Below are positions 13,040-26,344 of a stretch of DNA of 64,000 bases, one piece after another. Position 1 is the first letter of the stretch. The number at the start of each line of letters is the position of its first letter. Source of the stretch: Lama glama (Eukaryota). The stretch lies in NCBI GenBank assembly GCA_028534125.1, contig CM052816.1, forward strand, positions 89,778,001 through 89,842,000. Direction: 5' to 3'. The translations under genes and the position numbers were made by a program. The notes under the pieces were generated by a model. That model was not told where the DNA came from. It searched no databases and saw only the letters and a list, made by a program, of their open reading frames with translations.

Positions 13040-14640
13040 TCATCAAAAACAACCAATACCAAGCAACAAATTGACTGTAAAATGTGGAAGACCTCTGTGT
13101 GGAAAACTTTCAAGACTACCAAGAACTACAAAGCAGCATTTAGCCATCACTTAAAGGGAACCCAAACTAATAAGAGGATAAGCGTTCATACCTTAAAAAA
13201 TTCAGTATCATTAAGATTTCAAAACTTGTTAGATTTATTTATGGATTTAGTGCATTCCCAATCAAAATGTCAGAAGTTCTCCCCTTCCCTCCCATCAAGA
13301 AACTGACTATTTTAATCTAAAACTTGATGGAAAAGCAAAGGACCTAAAATAATCCTATTTTTTAAAACGCACATATTTGGAGGTCTTACATTACCTGACA
13401 TGGAGATTTACAAAGAAGATATATTAATTTAGAAGCTGTAATATTGATACAGGAAAGATAAATGGAAGAAAACTGAGAGTCCAGAAATAGACTGGCACAT
13501 CTGTGGTTAATTGTGAATCATGACACCAAGACAAGTCAATGGGGGAATGAAAAATCTTTTTTTAACAAATGATTCTGGAACAGCTGTATTGTCAAAAGAA
13601 AAAATAAATAAATAATCTTGACATCTACCTAACTTAATAAAAATATTAATTCAAGATGGATTATAGGCTTAAGAAGTAAAACAGGAACCACAAAACCTCT
13701 GCAGGGAAAACTATCTTCACAACTTGGGGTAAAATAATACATTTTTTAATACAGGAAAGTTTAATCATTTTAAAATGATGATTGGATTTTATCAAAATGA
13801 AAGATGCCTACTTATGAAAAGGCAGCATTTAGAAAAGGAAAGGCAAATTACAGGTAGTGAAAAAAATCTGTAATTCATATTGCTGAGCAATGCATTGTAT
13901 ATATAAAATAATTTTTAAATCCATTATCAATATACAAACAAGCTATTACATGTGGATAATAAGCTTAAAAATACCATACAAAAGAAGATTCAGAAATGAT
14001 CAATAAGTACATGAAAATGCACCAACATTATTACATTGTTAGTGAAATGAAAACTAAAAACATTACAATGCTCAAAAACAAAACAACTGGCAATACTGTT
14101 GACAAAAATAGATCACAACTGAAACTCTCATACATTGCTGATAGGAGTGGAAAACTGTTTATAAACTGTGAAAAATGTTTTATCTAAAATAATTACATAA
14201 GAATATTTATAGCAGCCTTTATCACAATAGCCAAACAGTAGAAATCAGCCAAATAGATACAACTATCAAATTTGGTGAAATAGTCAAATTTTGGTATTTT
14301 CATACATCAGAATATTGTTCATCAATAAAAAATGAATCACATATACACATAACAACGTAAGTGAATCTTAAAGACAATATGTTGAGCTAGAGAAGGCAAA
14401 TAAAATAATGTATGATTCCATTTATATGAAGTCAGAAAATAGACAAAATTTATCTGTGGTGTTAAGGATGAGAAAGTGGTTACCTCTGGATGAAGTGAGG
14501 ACTGCACTAGACAGCAGTAGACGAAAATGTCTCGGATGATGGACATATTCTATATCCTGTTTTGGGTGGTTTGCACAGCTGTCATAACATATCAAAATGA
14601 AAACTTACACATAAATTTTATTTCAGTAGCAATATATTTC
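13040..14640 (+). mobile_element. Old L1 (L1ME-like) ORF2 end and 3' UTR, heavily decayed
   Basis: gagagtccagaaatagac, tattaattcaagatggattataggc, aactctcatacattgctgataggagtg, tgtatgattccatttatatgaagtc. Confidence 0.8.
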
Positions 14641-15139
14641 CCTGTTAAAAATAACAGGAAGGCTATAACTCTCTTTCTCGTCATTTCATACCCATGCTTT
14701 GTTGGTTTTATTACTGTTCTAAAAATTAATAAATGTCCATCATACATAGTTTTGAAAATAAGCAACATTCCTTTCATGAATATAAAAAAGCATTTCTTTC
14801 TCATGAAAGACAGTATTGTTAAATAACATTTTTGGTAAACAGATCCACAAAGATATTTTTGTCTTCTAAAATTAGAAATAAATCTAACTATATTCATTTG
14901 GGCTTTTCTTACTAATATATTTTAACATAACCACACATTAAGATATATTCTTGTCCCACATGAGTTTTTGAAACTGTATAATACACCATTTTATTGGCAA
15001 GTTATAAGTTAAATTAATTAAATTCTTTTTGGAGGTGTGCAGTCTGTTTACAGTTTTGTCCTGACTCTTGATGGAGTAAGTTCCATCTCCTGGTTCCTTT
15101 TACTTGTGGCCAATTGATTAGATTTTGGCATCACCTCCC

Positions 15140-15720
15140 ATCATACCAAACAATATGAGTCACTAATGTCATCTGGGATCTCCCCTGCTCCTTCTTATCT
15201 CACTTTCTGTGGCATTTAATAGAGTTCAACCTTCTCTTTTTCTCCAAGTTGTCTGTGTTGCTGACTTTGAAGACAGCATTCTTACATAGCTTTTTTTCTG
15301 TGAATGTTCTTTCTCCATTTATTGAATGCAATCGTTTCTACCATCCATGTTTTATAGGTGGATTTTCAGATTATCTCTCAGACATCTGCCGTTTTTATAC
15401 CCGCACGGTTTTCTGGGTTATATTATCTGAATGATATTATCTACTTCCATGTCGTCAACTACAAACTGTTACAGTGGGGATCCTAAATCTCTTTTCAGAT
15501 TTTTACCACTTTTATTTAAGCTCTGGCCCACTGGCCAACATCTGTAAGCATTTTAAGCATTAAGCTTTTCTTTTAATTCCCTGTAAAACTTGTTCTTATT
15601 TTTCTATCCCCTACTTGATAAATATCTGTTGACACAAATCAGTATTGCTATATGTAATTAATTTGCACTAGGTAACATCTCAGTAGTATGTCTTAAATAT
15701 GTTTCCTCTTCTTTATTTGT
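15140..15720. mobile_element. L2 fragment (degenerate)
   Basis: Pyrimidine-rich, with L2-like motifs (cttatctcactttctgtggcattt; tctacttccatgtcgtcaactac). Confidence 0.5.
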
Positions 15721-15834
15721 ATTACCTGCAGACTTACCAAGTCATTATCAGTAATACACAAGATATCTGCATGTATAAAGTGGCTGGTCACAAGCTGGGG
15801 TCCATGGCAGCAGGCAGTGCACTCTTTGTCTCAA

Positions 15835-16270
15835 TGTAGCCTCCAGGAAAACAAAGACTAACCAAATATAAATAAGCAGAAGTTATGTACTCACAACTTT
15901 TTTTAGCAACAGTGTCAGCCAGCTTCACTTGTGTTTTGCCGAGATCCAAAATCAGTCAAGAGAGTGGAAAGCTTTATGTTGAAAAAGGGAGGGTTTCAGG
16001 TACTCTCTACATGAAGGTTGTTGGTGGGTGAGGCTGGAGGTAGGCTAATTAGAAGTATGGTATCTTAAGTGATTTGTTTGGGGACCACAGTTAACTTTGT
16101 CTGGTTCATCCTCATTCATAAGTGAGGACAAAAAATACGAACGTTGGCAGCTGTTTTCCAAGATGGTGGTCTGGTCTCCTGGGCTGTTACTGCAGAGACT
16201 GTAGGTCAGAGTTGTATGCCAATCTCTGGTCTGGCTTTCTTTCATTTGTGTATTTAGAATCTCATTCATT
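15835..16270 (-). mobile_element. Old ERV LTR-like element, family uncertain
   Basis: aagctttatgttgaaaaagggagggtttcagg...gaggctggaggtaggctaattagaag resembles old eutherian LTRs; no clean TSD. Confidence 0.5.
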
Positions 16271-16289
16271 GGCCCTACAAGACACTGTC

Positions 16290-17600
16290 TCAAGCTGGTG
16301 CCATGACTTAGTCTTCTAGAGGAAACTTCTTGTACTGGATCCACGGATTCTATCAGACCTGATACTTAGGGGTTAGGGGCGGCATGGCAAGAAAAATGAA
16401 TTCTGTGCACATTCTACTTTTCCTAAGATGAATTCCTAAGATGGGCAACAGCAAAGCTGTGTGGAACAAAGCATTACAGAAATCGACAAAGAGAAGTTTG
16501 GGCGAAAGTGTAGGAGCAGAGCAGCCAACCAAATCCAACACAAGAATGCGTTCCTTTCTTCTCCTTTTGGAGGAATTCCAGTGTAATCAACCCCAATTGA
16601 TTTGTTGATTCCCCAAGGAAATGGGCTGTTAGTATTTATATTTGTAGTTAGCAGTTTGGACATTCAGCAACGGCCACAGCCAAATCCATTTTGGGTGAGG
16701 AGGATATCCAAAATGTTGAACCCCTGACTGTTCCCTAATACTCCTCAGGGTCACATAGTATATGAGTCCACTGAACAAAGCCTAATATTTGCAGGGTGAA
16801 AAAAAAAAATCTACTTGACATCCATAAGAGGTTATCTTATTTGTCCTCATTAAAAGCTTCCCCTGAAGCACTGGTCTTTTATAAATGTTCACATTTATAC
16901 AGATATCTTCATATTCCGCCCATTCAAAAAGATCATCTGTATATCTCCCTCCTTGATCTTCATATTAGAGGTTTCCAATCTTATCTCTTCCAAATCCCTG
17001 ACAACAAATACGTGTAGACATGTAATAACTCTACCATCTTTCCTTCACAGGGAAATAAAACAGCCAGACACACTGCTTACAGTTTTGCCCATTGTTAGGA
17101 TGTTCCTTTCCCATTTTTCATCAGAGACATCCTTGAGTGGGACTATAGTGCTATCAACCTTCCATGTACGGGTAGGTCAGATGATAGGAGAAATCATTTC
17201 CAAACTAGTCATGCTGTTTTTCTTCTTCAGATCATGAAAATTCCAAAGAGGTCAAAGGTATAGGATGAAGAAGAGAAGACAAAGAGCAGTAGTAAGTATC
17301 CCTTGCTCACGTAATTTGAAATGTGTGAGTCAGGACGTGATTCTGAAGATTCAGGAGTCTAAGCTCATACATCACTTCAACTGAAGAGGAAGTACTGGAA
17401 GAGGAAGTGAACAGATTCAGCTCTGTTACTCAGTGGGCAAGACAACTTCCAGCTTGTAATGGGCAGGCAGGATGTGCGGTCTTTTGGGGCCCCATAGTTG
17501 CTTATTCTAGTTCTGTTAGAAAATAGTAAGAAAGAAAGAGCTGTTTCTGTTCTGCTTTGTGATCCTCTGAATCAAAAGAATGTTCCTTGCAATTCTGTCA
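16290..17600 (-). mobile_element. Decayed ERVL (class III) pol: connection, RNase H and integrase remnants
   Basis: Minus-strand translation, with stops and frameshifts, gives in order KQLFLSYYFLTELE*ATMG (~KQLLACYWALVETERLTMG), NGKGTS*QWAKL*AV (~SGEGKSSQWAELRAV), MDLAVAVAECPNC (~ADLATATAECPTC), VDYTGIPP (~VDYIGPLP) and SGLIE. Confidence 0.75.
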
Positions 17601-20600
17601 GTGTCTTCTTTGTCAGTCATGTAAACACAGCAAAAATTCATCAAAATATTAATATGAATCTGTCCACCATTCTTATTCTTACATTGGGGATATCAAAATT
17701 AATGGGTATTACAGTTTGTTAGACAATTGAGTGAGAATTTTGTGTACCCATTGTATGGTGTTCTGATCTGATATTCACTTCTTCTAAAACCATGGAAATC
17801 TGACTTTTATACTTCAATAAAACCATTGCCTCTGAGATCACAACCATTCCAGAATTTTTCTTCTGCTCTTTCTACTTTCACATCTCAAAGGCATGTAAGT
17901 CTGTACACAATTTATCTATGTCTGACATAACTCTTGCTCTTCTTTTGGCCCTAATTCCTGATAGAAGCTGGTTTGATCTTGGACTATTCTCTCTCATTCA
18001 CCCTCAAATCAAGAAAAAAAAAATACTAAGTTAATTATCTATTCTTAAATACCTTTGAAGTATCTTTCTCTTTCTCCACTGTTGATATCTTGCTTAATCC
18101 ATCATATTCTTTTTTAAGATAATTTTACTTGCTTTTTGAGGATTGTTTTGAGTCCTCAGTCAAGCTATGGTCTAACCCATTATCCACTGTATAATCAGAG
18201 AGGTTTTTCTAAAGAATAAATCTGATGAAGTGACTCCTCACACTATATTTATGGTGGTTCTAATTAAACTCATTATAATGTCATATCATTTTATTACAGT
18301 CTCAGCGTTATTATCTTAATAAGATACTTTTGTGAGTGAAAGGGGATATGAAAATAACTTATAAGATTAATTGATCTATACCAGAGACACCAGAGGTCTT
18401 CAGGACTCTCCAGGAAATATGATCATTCCAGTTACTATATAATTTTTCACGGGTACCTCCCAGCACATGAAAGTAGAGCAGATAGACATTAAGTAAGTCC
18501 TTAACAGAAAATCTCTGCATGTGAGTTCTTCCCATAATCTGACTTTTAAAAGCATTCACTTCTCTATAAGTAAAATTACACTATATTCCCTAAATTTTAT
18601 ACAATAATTTTGCATACTGACACCCAGGATAAGAATCATAATAAAAAGGCTTAACTAATGAAATGAATGTACTCATATTTTGTCATAATTTATGGATATA
18701 CTGAATGCCTTAATATCTACTATCCAAAAATCACATATTAAGCAACAGCTTTATATCAATAATTTACCAAAATAGTATTTACCACTCACTTGGCCAACAA
18801 AAGAAAATACTCAGATTTGGTTTAAAGGCTTTTTATTTTTTGTAATAACTTAAACCACATTGGCTTTATTAAAACAAATATAAATCTTTGAATTATACCC
18901 AGAAGGTAAAATAAAACCAGTTCTCAATATAGTATTAAAAAAGACTAATACATAAACTCTTTCAAGTCAATAAGAAAAGACATGTACTGTAATAAAAAAT
19001 GTGGGCAGAAGACACAAACATATAAATAACAGAGGAAGAAGAAAGTAAATATAAGAAATACTACTACTACTAATAATAAAAAAGCTTAAAATATCATCCT
19101 TGGTGAGAAATGTTTCACTTATTACAATGGTATGATTTAGGAACGTTTAATACATCATCATTGGGATAGAAATTGAAAAAAAAACTTTTTAAGAAATTGA
19201 CCAAATGATTCAAGAGCCATAAAAATGGAACTGTTGAAGTTAGGAGATAGTTTCTCTTTTAAAAAGCAGTAGTCTTCGTAATCATAATAAAGACTCCTAT
19301 CGTTGGGAATCCCATTTATTTAGCACTAACCATACTGTATGTTTTTGAAGAGTCCATTTTTGAAGAAGATGGTAAAAGCCAAATATTATCTAATATAATA
19401 TGACCTTAGAAATGGAATGAAATGTTTAGCATTTACAGTTAAGATGGATCACTGTTTTCTTGCAAAGGCTTAAGTTGTATGGCATTATCTGTAAACTAAA
19501 TATAAGAGCAAAAAAATAGATAAAGATTTCACCCAACTCAGATCAGAAGGCCTCAATATTGATACCTTTGTCTTTGAACTTTAAAATGGCTTACAAAAGT
19601 ATCTTAAAACTGCATTCAGTGTATCTCTTCTCTTAAAGGAAGTAATGAATAGTCTACATTATCAACTTATTTAGGAACATAGCATATACAAACCCATTCA
19701 AGAAAATTTTAATAAGGATTAGTAAAATTAAACATCTAAGACATCTTAGAAGAGTTATGGACACTGTTTTTGGTTTACTTAATGCTGCATTTCTACATCA
19801 TATTTCATGACTTTATTTCTGTGTTTCACTTAAATTAATGACTCGTGAAGTTAGAGATACCATGTTCTGAGCCATTCTATATATTATAAGCAAGATTTCT
19901 CTATCTTCTCCAGATTTTGAAAAGCTGGAGATTATGTGGCATCATGACTATGTAAAGTGAATTCCGTTCCATCAAATTAGTGTCAGAATCATGGCCATTT
20001 ATTGTGCAAAGGCCTTTTTCTATGTTTGCATATACCCATTTTTAGAATTACCCAGAACACATGTTACTATCCTGGATTTCAACATAAACATATTACAAAT
20101 GTCCCACCTGCTGAAAATGATTTGGAAAAATATACATTCCATCGTACAATGATTTGTGAGTTTCTAGACAATAGAATAGGTTGTAAAATTAGTGTGATAT
20201 TTCAAAATGCCTTAAATCCATTGTAATGAATAATCAGTTTTAAGCCAATTAGTTTTTTTAACTTAGCTGAATAGCATGCATTGAATCTCGAAATTGTGTT
20301 AATATTACTTTTGAGCCTTTTGGAATATGTGAGTATTCAGAATGTTATACTAGGATTTTCAATGCACGTCTTCTCAAAAACATAAAAATGCAATTCAGCA
20401 CATAGCTAGAAACGTATTAGCAAAATATGAAGTGTAAAGACAGCATATATTCTATGTGTGCCAAAAAAAAAAATAGTTTCAAAATGCAATTCCACCAGTG
20501 CCTCTGCTACAATGAGTCTCTTCCTCAATGTCACACTTTTATGCATACAACTTTAGTGTCATGATAATTTACTGCAACTTGATTATGTAAAGCCACTGAT

Positions 20601-22966
20601 AATCTCTTTTGTCAGGTGATCATCTCTTTTAACATTAAATGAAATAAAATGATGCTTTCAATACTACATATAAATAAAAATAATACAAAAAGACAAATAT
20701 AAGGCAGAGAGCCTCATGCAAAAATATAGAACCACAGCTTGACTCAAAATATGCAAGGCATGGTAGAAAACTTTCAGTTAACTGTACTTCAGTATTGTGC
20801 TTTTCACTGTAAATATCAACGTTCAAATAGTATGATACATGCTAGTCTGAGGATCGTTCATTTTCTTTTCCTTTGTGATGTTAGTACCAAGCTTATCAAC
20901 AGGTTTGATATTGGCTATTATTTCGTGGTGAATTCACTTGAATGGAAAAAAGATCACCTTTTCAATCCATTAATTTCCAGTATGATTGGAGCATGCTTAT
21001 AAATTAACTCTTTTTTAAAAGTGCTATAGAGTTATGTTGCTGGTAGCAATACATGTTTACTGCAACACGTAACTTATTTTATTTTCAACTATAATACTCT
21101 CTAATGTTTAATTGATGTCCTTGGCAATTCTTTTTCTCTGCTAATGCACTGACTTTAAATGGAATATTTTAAATCAAAATAATGAGGTGGTTTGTTTGCT
21201 TTAGAATCATTTCCCCTTTTAAGAGACATAGACTTTCACAAAACATCTCCTGCATGTAAATGTGGCTCACATTTTTGAGTTTTCACCAACTTATAATTGT
21301 CTGTTTGTCTCAGTTAAAAAATAAAAAAAAGGAAAGAAAAAAGACCAAGTTTCACCATTTACTTTTAACATGAACAAATTGAAGGAGTAAGGGCATCTCT
21401 TTCAAAGAAAGGATATTATCTTCAATGTATTACATAATTTGAAATAATTTGCCACTAATGTTAAATTGATTGAAATGATAAATTAGATCATTACAGCTAT
21501 AAATTATATTTTTAAATTATAATCATTAAATAACAGTTTCATTAAATGATAGCGGTTTCTCTAACAGGCCTGAAATTGTATAACCATTATACAATTACAT
21601 CTAATTATAGTTATAAATTAATGCAGTTAATATTTATGTAAAAAAGCCTAAAACATACATGAAATATTATATTTTCATTGAAAGGAATTTTTCAAGTGAA
21701 AAATATATGCTGAATCATGGGTCATTTTTTTTCCTTCATTTATAAATAATTTAAATTTTAAAACAAATCATTTTGGTTTTAAAAAGGAATTTGTTTTTTC
21801 TTAATACAATTCCTGAAATATTAAAGTAAGACATTTGCAAAGTTATCAGTTAAATATAGGACTTTTTTTACATAGAGGCAGCATTATCTTTGTAAACAGC
21901 TAGCAAGTTGCCTAGCTCTTAAATGCTATCATAGGGAATAAAGCAATTATATGTTTTTGTTTTCTCATTTAGCCAGATCCTCTAAATCAGTGGTGAAAAT
22001 GAGTTTTGATTATTAGCAGATCTGTGGCTCCTATCTGAATCCTTCCCTCTGTCATAGCCACAAGAACATAACACAGGGACTAGCTAAGGATTTGAAGCCT
22101 GGTCTCTTATTTTTCCTTAATCTCTTCCCACGAATAAACAAAAGCCACATTCCAAATTAGAACTTTAGCAAGTACTATAGCAAAAGATGAGCTATTGGTA
22201 AGTGAAAGAATTAAACTATCCTTTAGTCAAATACTATAGAAAGTGTCACTTAGAAAATGGTTCTATAACTGATGTTTTTGATTTTCAGGTGACTCAATTA
22301 TAAATTGCTTCAAGAACAGTAAGTAGCTTAAGCCAAATTATTGTGCTTCAAGAGAAAGCTGTCTTTGCTTTTGCATTTTTTCCTGTGATGTGTTTTATTA
22401 GGCCATCACTCTTTGTCTAAAAGTCATCAATGTGTATTTTGCTGGCCCTAAAACTTTCTTTTATAGGCCTGTCTATTCGTAAATGTGCAGGAGATAAAAG
22501 TGAAACACATTTGATTAACATTATTTGTGCCAAATATCAATTTATAATAAAATGCTTTGAATGTTGTGGGCTCCTCATAATCACCAGGTCTTCTCCTATG
22601 GGATATTGAATCATCATCATCCGAGTCTTAAAGTTCATGAAAAAAATTCTAAAATCAGGAGATTGCAATTCAAGTCATCTTAAGCCTAGAGCTACTGTGC
22701 ACACAAAGGTAACTTAGTAATTAAGAGATTCCTAAAGTATTTTTGTGGGGGAGGGTAGAGAATGTAGAGGAAGTAACTCTTCTAGATGGCATTTCAAATA
22801 CAAAGTTTTACATCTTCCTTTTCCTTTTCTTCTTCCTTCTCCCTTCTGGAAAGTTCATTTCAAAAATGATTAAGTAGTCCTCTGTAGTGTAGGCATCCAC
22901 TCATGTGGCAGTAAATGGGGAGGGGCTGCCCTTGAGTATGACAGGATGTTAATCCTGAACAGGAAG

Positions 22967-23626
22967 TGCTGGGAAACAAGCAACTAGAAAACAAGCCTCA
23001 CCTAGATTTCCACGAGCTTAAAATATTATTTTCACACTTGCTTGCTTAAAATGCATGTGCTTGCTTTGTTGTATTGTTTTACGCAGTAGATGACCTATAA
23101 CACATATTATGCTAAAGAAAATTTGTAAGGAGCAATCCTGAGATTGACCATAAGGGCACGAAGGAGGGCAGATATTTCCTTATGGTAAAACAATGGATGG
23201 TCCTGGAAAGCCAGATCATCTATTAACAGAACTTGGTTCTGGCATGAAAGCATGCTGTTTAACCCGAGGGAAGTATTTGCTATCTCGAGATGTCCCGGAA
23301 GCAATAATAGGATAGACTTAGAAATTTTGCATACCCCGAGGAGGGTGATTGTTCCTGGAAGGGATAGGCCTGAAATTAATCAGTTAAACAGCAAGCAGAA
23401 CTTAGTACTTATCGCATGAAATATCTAAAGCCCCACCTCTTTGATCGCATTTTTTTCTGAGCTCTATACTCCTAATAAATATGATGTCGACCAGGCTTTT
23501 GGGACTCTAGATGCACAAGGCCTTGAGTCCCCTGGTCCCACCTTTGCTCTTTACTTTGTCTCTTTGTTTCTTAAGTCTTGTGTCACCCGTCCTCAGACAT
23601 GGTCCCGAGCTACACTGGATGCAGCA
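22967..23626 (+). mobile_element. Solo ERV LTR, 660 bp, probably lineage-specific
   Basis: TGCTG...CAGCA inverted termini, perfect 5-bp TSD ggaag (22962-22966 / 23627-23631), AATAAA near 23474, several retained CpGs. Confidence 0.85.
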
Positions 23627-23829
23627 GGAAGAATAGGCATTGACTTGGGGTGGGGATACCTGCACGAGAAGAGGTTACTTCCCTGTTATATTATTAGAGA
23701 CCAAAACTATTAATTCATGTTCTTTATTGATTATTCACCTGCTTTTCTAAATTAGCACTTATAAATTTAAAGAAATCAGTAACTATTCAAGGATGGACAT
23801 AAACATTTTCCTTTGATCCTAAATAATGA

Positions 23830-24922
23830 TGCAACTGCAAAACCAGCCCAAACTGATCCTATGCTGTTTGAAACCCAATACTGAATAATTTTTCAGAGAC
23901 AACAGAGCAAAATCTTAAATCATGCAGCCCAAGCACGCACAGAGGGGAAAATTTTGCGCTCAAATCACACCTGTGTTACCTGAGAGTAGGTTCTTGTTTT
24001 GTCACAAAATGAATTCAGACGTGAAGGTCAGGACAGCACAATAAGGATTTATTAAGTGGTAGTACCGTCTCAAGGGGAAAGCAGGCAGGCTCAGGTGAGT
24101 AGCTGCCCTGAATTTCTTTGGCAAGCTGGTTATATGGGGTGTAAAAGTGAATGGGTAAGTATTCATCGGAGAGGGAGGGGGTTTGGGTCAAATTTCCTGA
24201 TTTTCATCCCAGCTCCACCTTCCTGTGGGGAGGATGGATTTTTGTCCTTATTTAGTCTTGATCAGAACTGGCATGGGATCAGTGCATGATGGGTATTTCT
24301 AATCTATAGGACTAATTTTATTGTAATGAGGACATAATGAGCAAACTTTACAGCTGGATGCCAGAGACTCCCACCTTTTCCTGCCTTTCTTTGCTTGCCT
24401 CCAGGACACTTGTCACCCCAAAATGTGTGGCGTCCTGTCAGTCCAAAGGTTCTTGCTTTTCTCTGTCTGCCCAAGGACCCCTGTTGTTTAGAAGATGTAT
24501 GGTTTCCTGTCATTTGGTCCATGTCGCCTTTCTCTACTCATAGCCAGCTATCTACCTGTTCTAACATCTGGAACCAAAGTTCCTTCCTTCTCAGGGAACA
24601 AAGGACTAGGGTATGATGTGAGCTTGAGTGCCAGAAACACCCATTGTTCAGGAAGATCCGATGCTGAAGCCCCCTTTACCATGCATTACCATAAATGGCC
24701 AAATTCCAAAGCCCGCCAGTAGAAACCTACCCAGCCACTCTTCAGTATACCAACTCCCCCCTAACCCATCAATATTTGATGGCACCTCAGGTTTGGGCTT
24801 TGCCTCTTGTCTCCTTGCCATCGAGCTCCCAATAAAGCTTTATTTTTCCCTCAAAAGCCAATGTCATAGTATTGGTTTCCATGCACATGCACATTGGGCA
24901 GAGACCCCTTTGGTTGGTAACA
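23830..24922 (+). mobile_element. ERV1-type solo LTR interrupted by a second LTR
   Basis: TG...taaCA with candidate TSD atga (23826-23829 / 24923-24926), AATAAA at 24831. Split at 23974-24566. Confidence 0.7.
23974..24566 (-). mobile_element. Solo ERV1-type LTR nested in the LTR above
   Basis: TGTTA...TAACA termini, TSD cctg/tctg, tttatt (minus-strand AATAAA) near 24048. Confidence 0.85.
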
Positions 24923-25711
24923 ATGAAGAAATTTCATGAACCAAAGAGAGAATGTAAATAATATTTGCTATAGAAGCCACATTACTAGAAAAAAAAATTA
25001 GTCTTTAAAAAGTGACTAGAATAAAATGATTAGCCTCTTTTTCTTTTTCTTTTTTTTTTCTGACAAATTAAACAGCTCTTGATTAAAGTGCTCATTTAAC
25101 CATAAAATCTGCATGGATTTGAGATCCTGCTAGGAAATGCAAAGTATCAAATTATATATATTGAACTTTCTCATTGAGTCAAGTTCACTGTATTCATTTT
25201 AAGCAATTACAATTTAAATTATATCATAAATCCCTCAGTGTGCAGAACTACAATTCCAAAATGATATGCTTTCTTCACTTTGTTCAAAAAAGTGTTAATA
25301 TCTTTATAGCCCTCAAAACATCATATCATATTTTTATACAAAGCTGACTTTTTAATAGGTCAACATATTTTTTAAACTGAGGAGATAAAAATTATGTTTC
25401 TTTATATGTTATATTCTCCTCCTTTATTTGTTTTCTGAGACCAAAAATTAGTACATTTCAGCATTCCATTTGGTTTCGATTTTAAACCAAGTTCTAATTA
25501 TATGCACTCCAAATTTGTTATATAGCTGTCTTCTTGACTTCCATTAAAATAGTAGTTCATGACAAGTAAAGTGATTAATGGGACAGCAGTATTACAGGGC
25601 TGTCATAATGGTAATGTTACAACTATACCCAATGATGATGACTGAAATGTTACCTACCTAAATTTAAATAAATAACTTCCCAAGTGACCAATTAACTGCT
25701 AATAGTGTCAC

Positions 25712-25915
25712 TGAGGCTATCGCCCCCAGGGACAAACCCCTGCCCTGGCCTCACACAGAAACTAATTACTCTTATCTAAGCTTCAAGAGGAAGCTGCATA
25801 AAAACACAAAAAAAACTAAAAAGCAGAAAAAGAAAACGAGTTAGAAGGAACTAAGTCCAAGATGGTGGAGGTTTGACTTCCAATGGACCTTGAGCCTCAT
25901 TATATGCTTTTCCTT
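25712..25915 (+). mobile_element. 5' fragment of a MER41-related LTR
   Basis: ccaagatggtggaggtttgacttccaatggaccttgagcctcattatatgc matches 59792-59842 (ccaatatggtgggagatatgacttccagtagactttgagcttcattatacac). Confidence 0.65.
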
Positions 25916-26344
25916 GTATTTGAAGTAATATCAAAATATAAACCTGAAATGTCTGGAAAAGTTAAATTTTAAGGAAAGTTTTATTATCATTTCACACGTG
26001 ATTAATGGTGATTTTCAGAGCAAAGAGCAGGAGGAAGTACTGAGTTAAATAGGTAGGTAACCAAACTGTTTACCATTCTCTTTCCTTTTAGTATTCCAGA
26101 CTTTTGGCCATATGCAGTCTTTGAAATATTTAAAATGTGTTTAACTTTTTTTTTATTTTTGTTTGGAGTTGATTAACCAAGAGGAATTCATTTTCTCTGT
26201 GTTTTAACACACACAAAACAAATAATATAATTTAAAATTCTATTTATGTAAAAAAAACTTTTAGTCCAAAATCAAGCACTGATTTCACCATGAAACAAAA
26301 ATAGATAAATAAATAAAATCTTTCATGAAGCCTGTTATTAGTTA

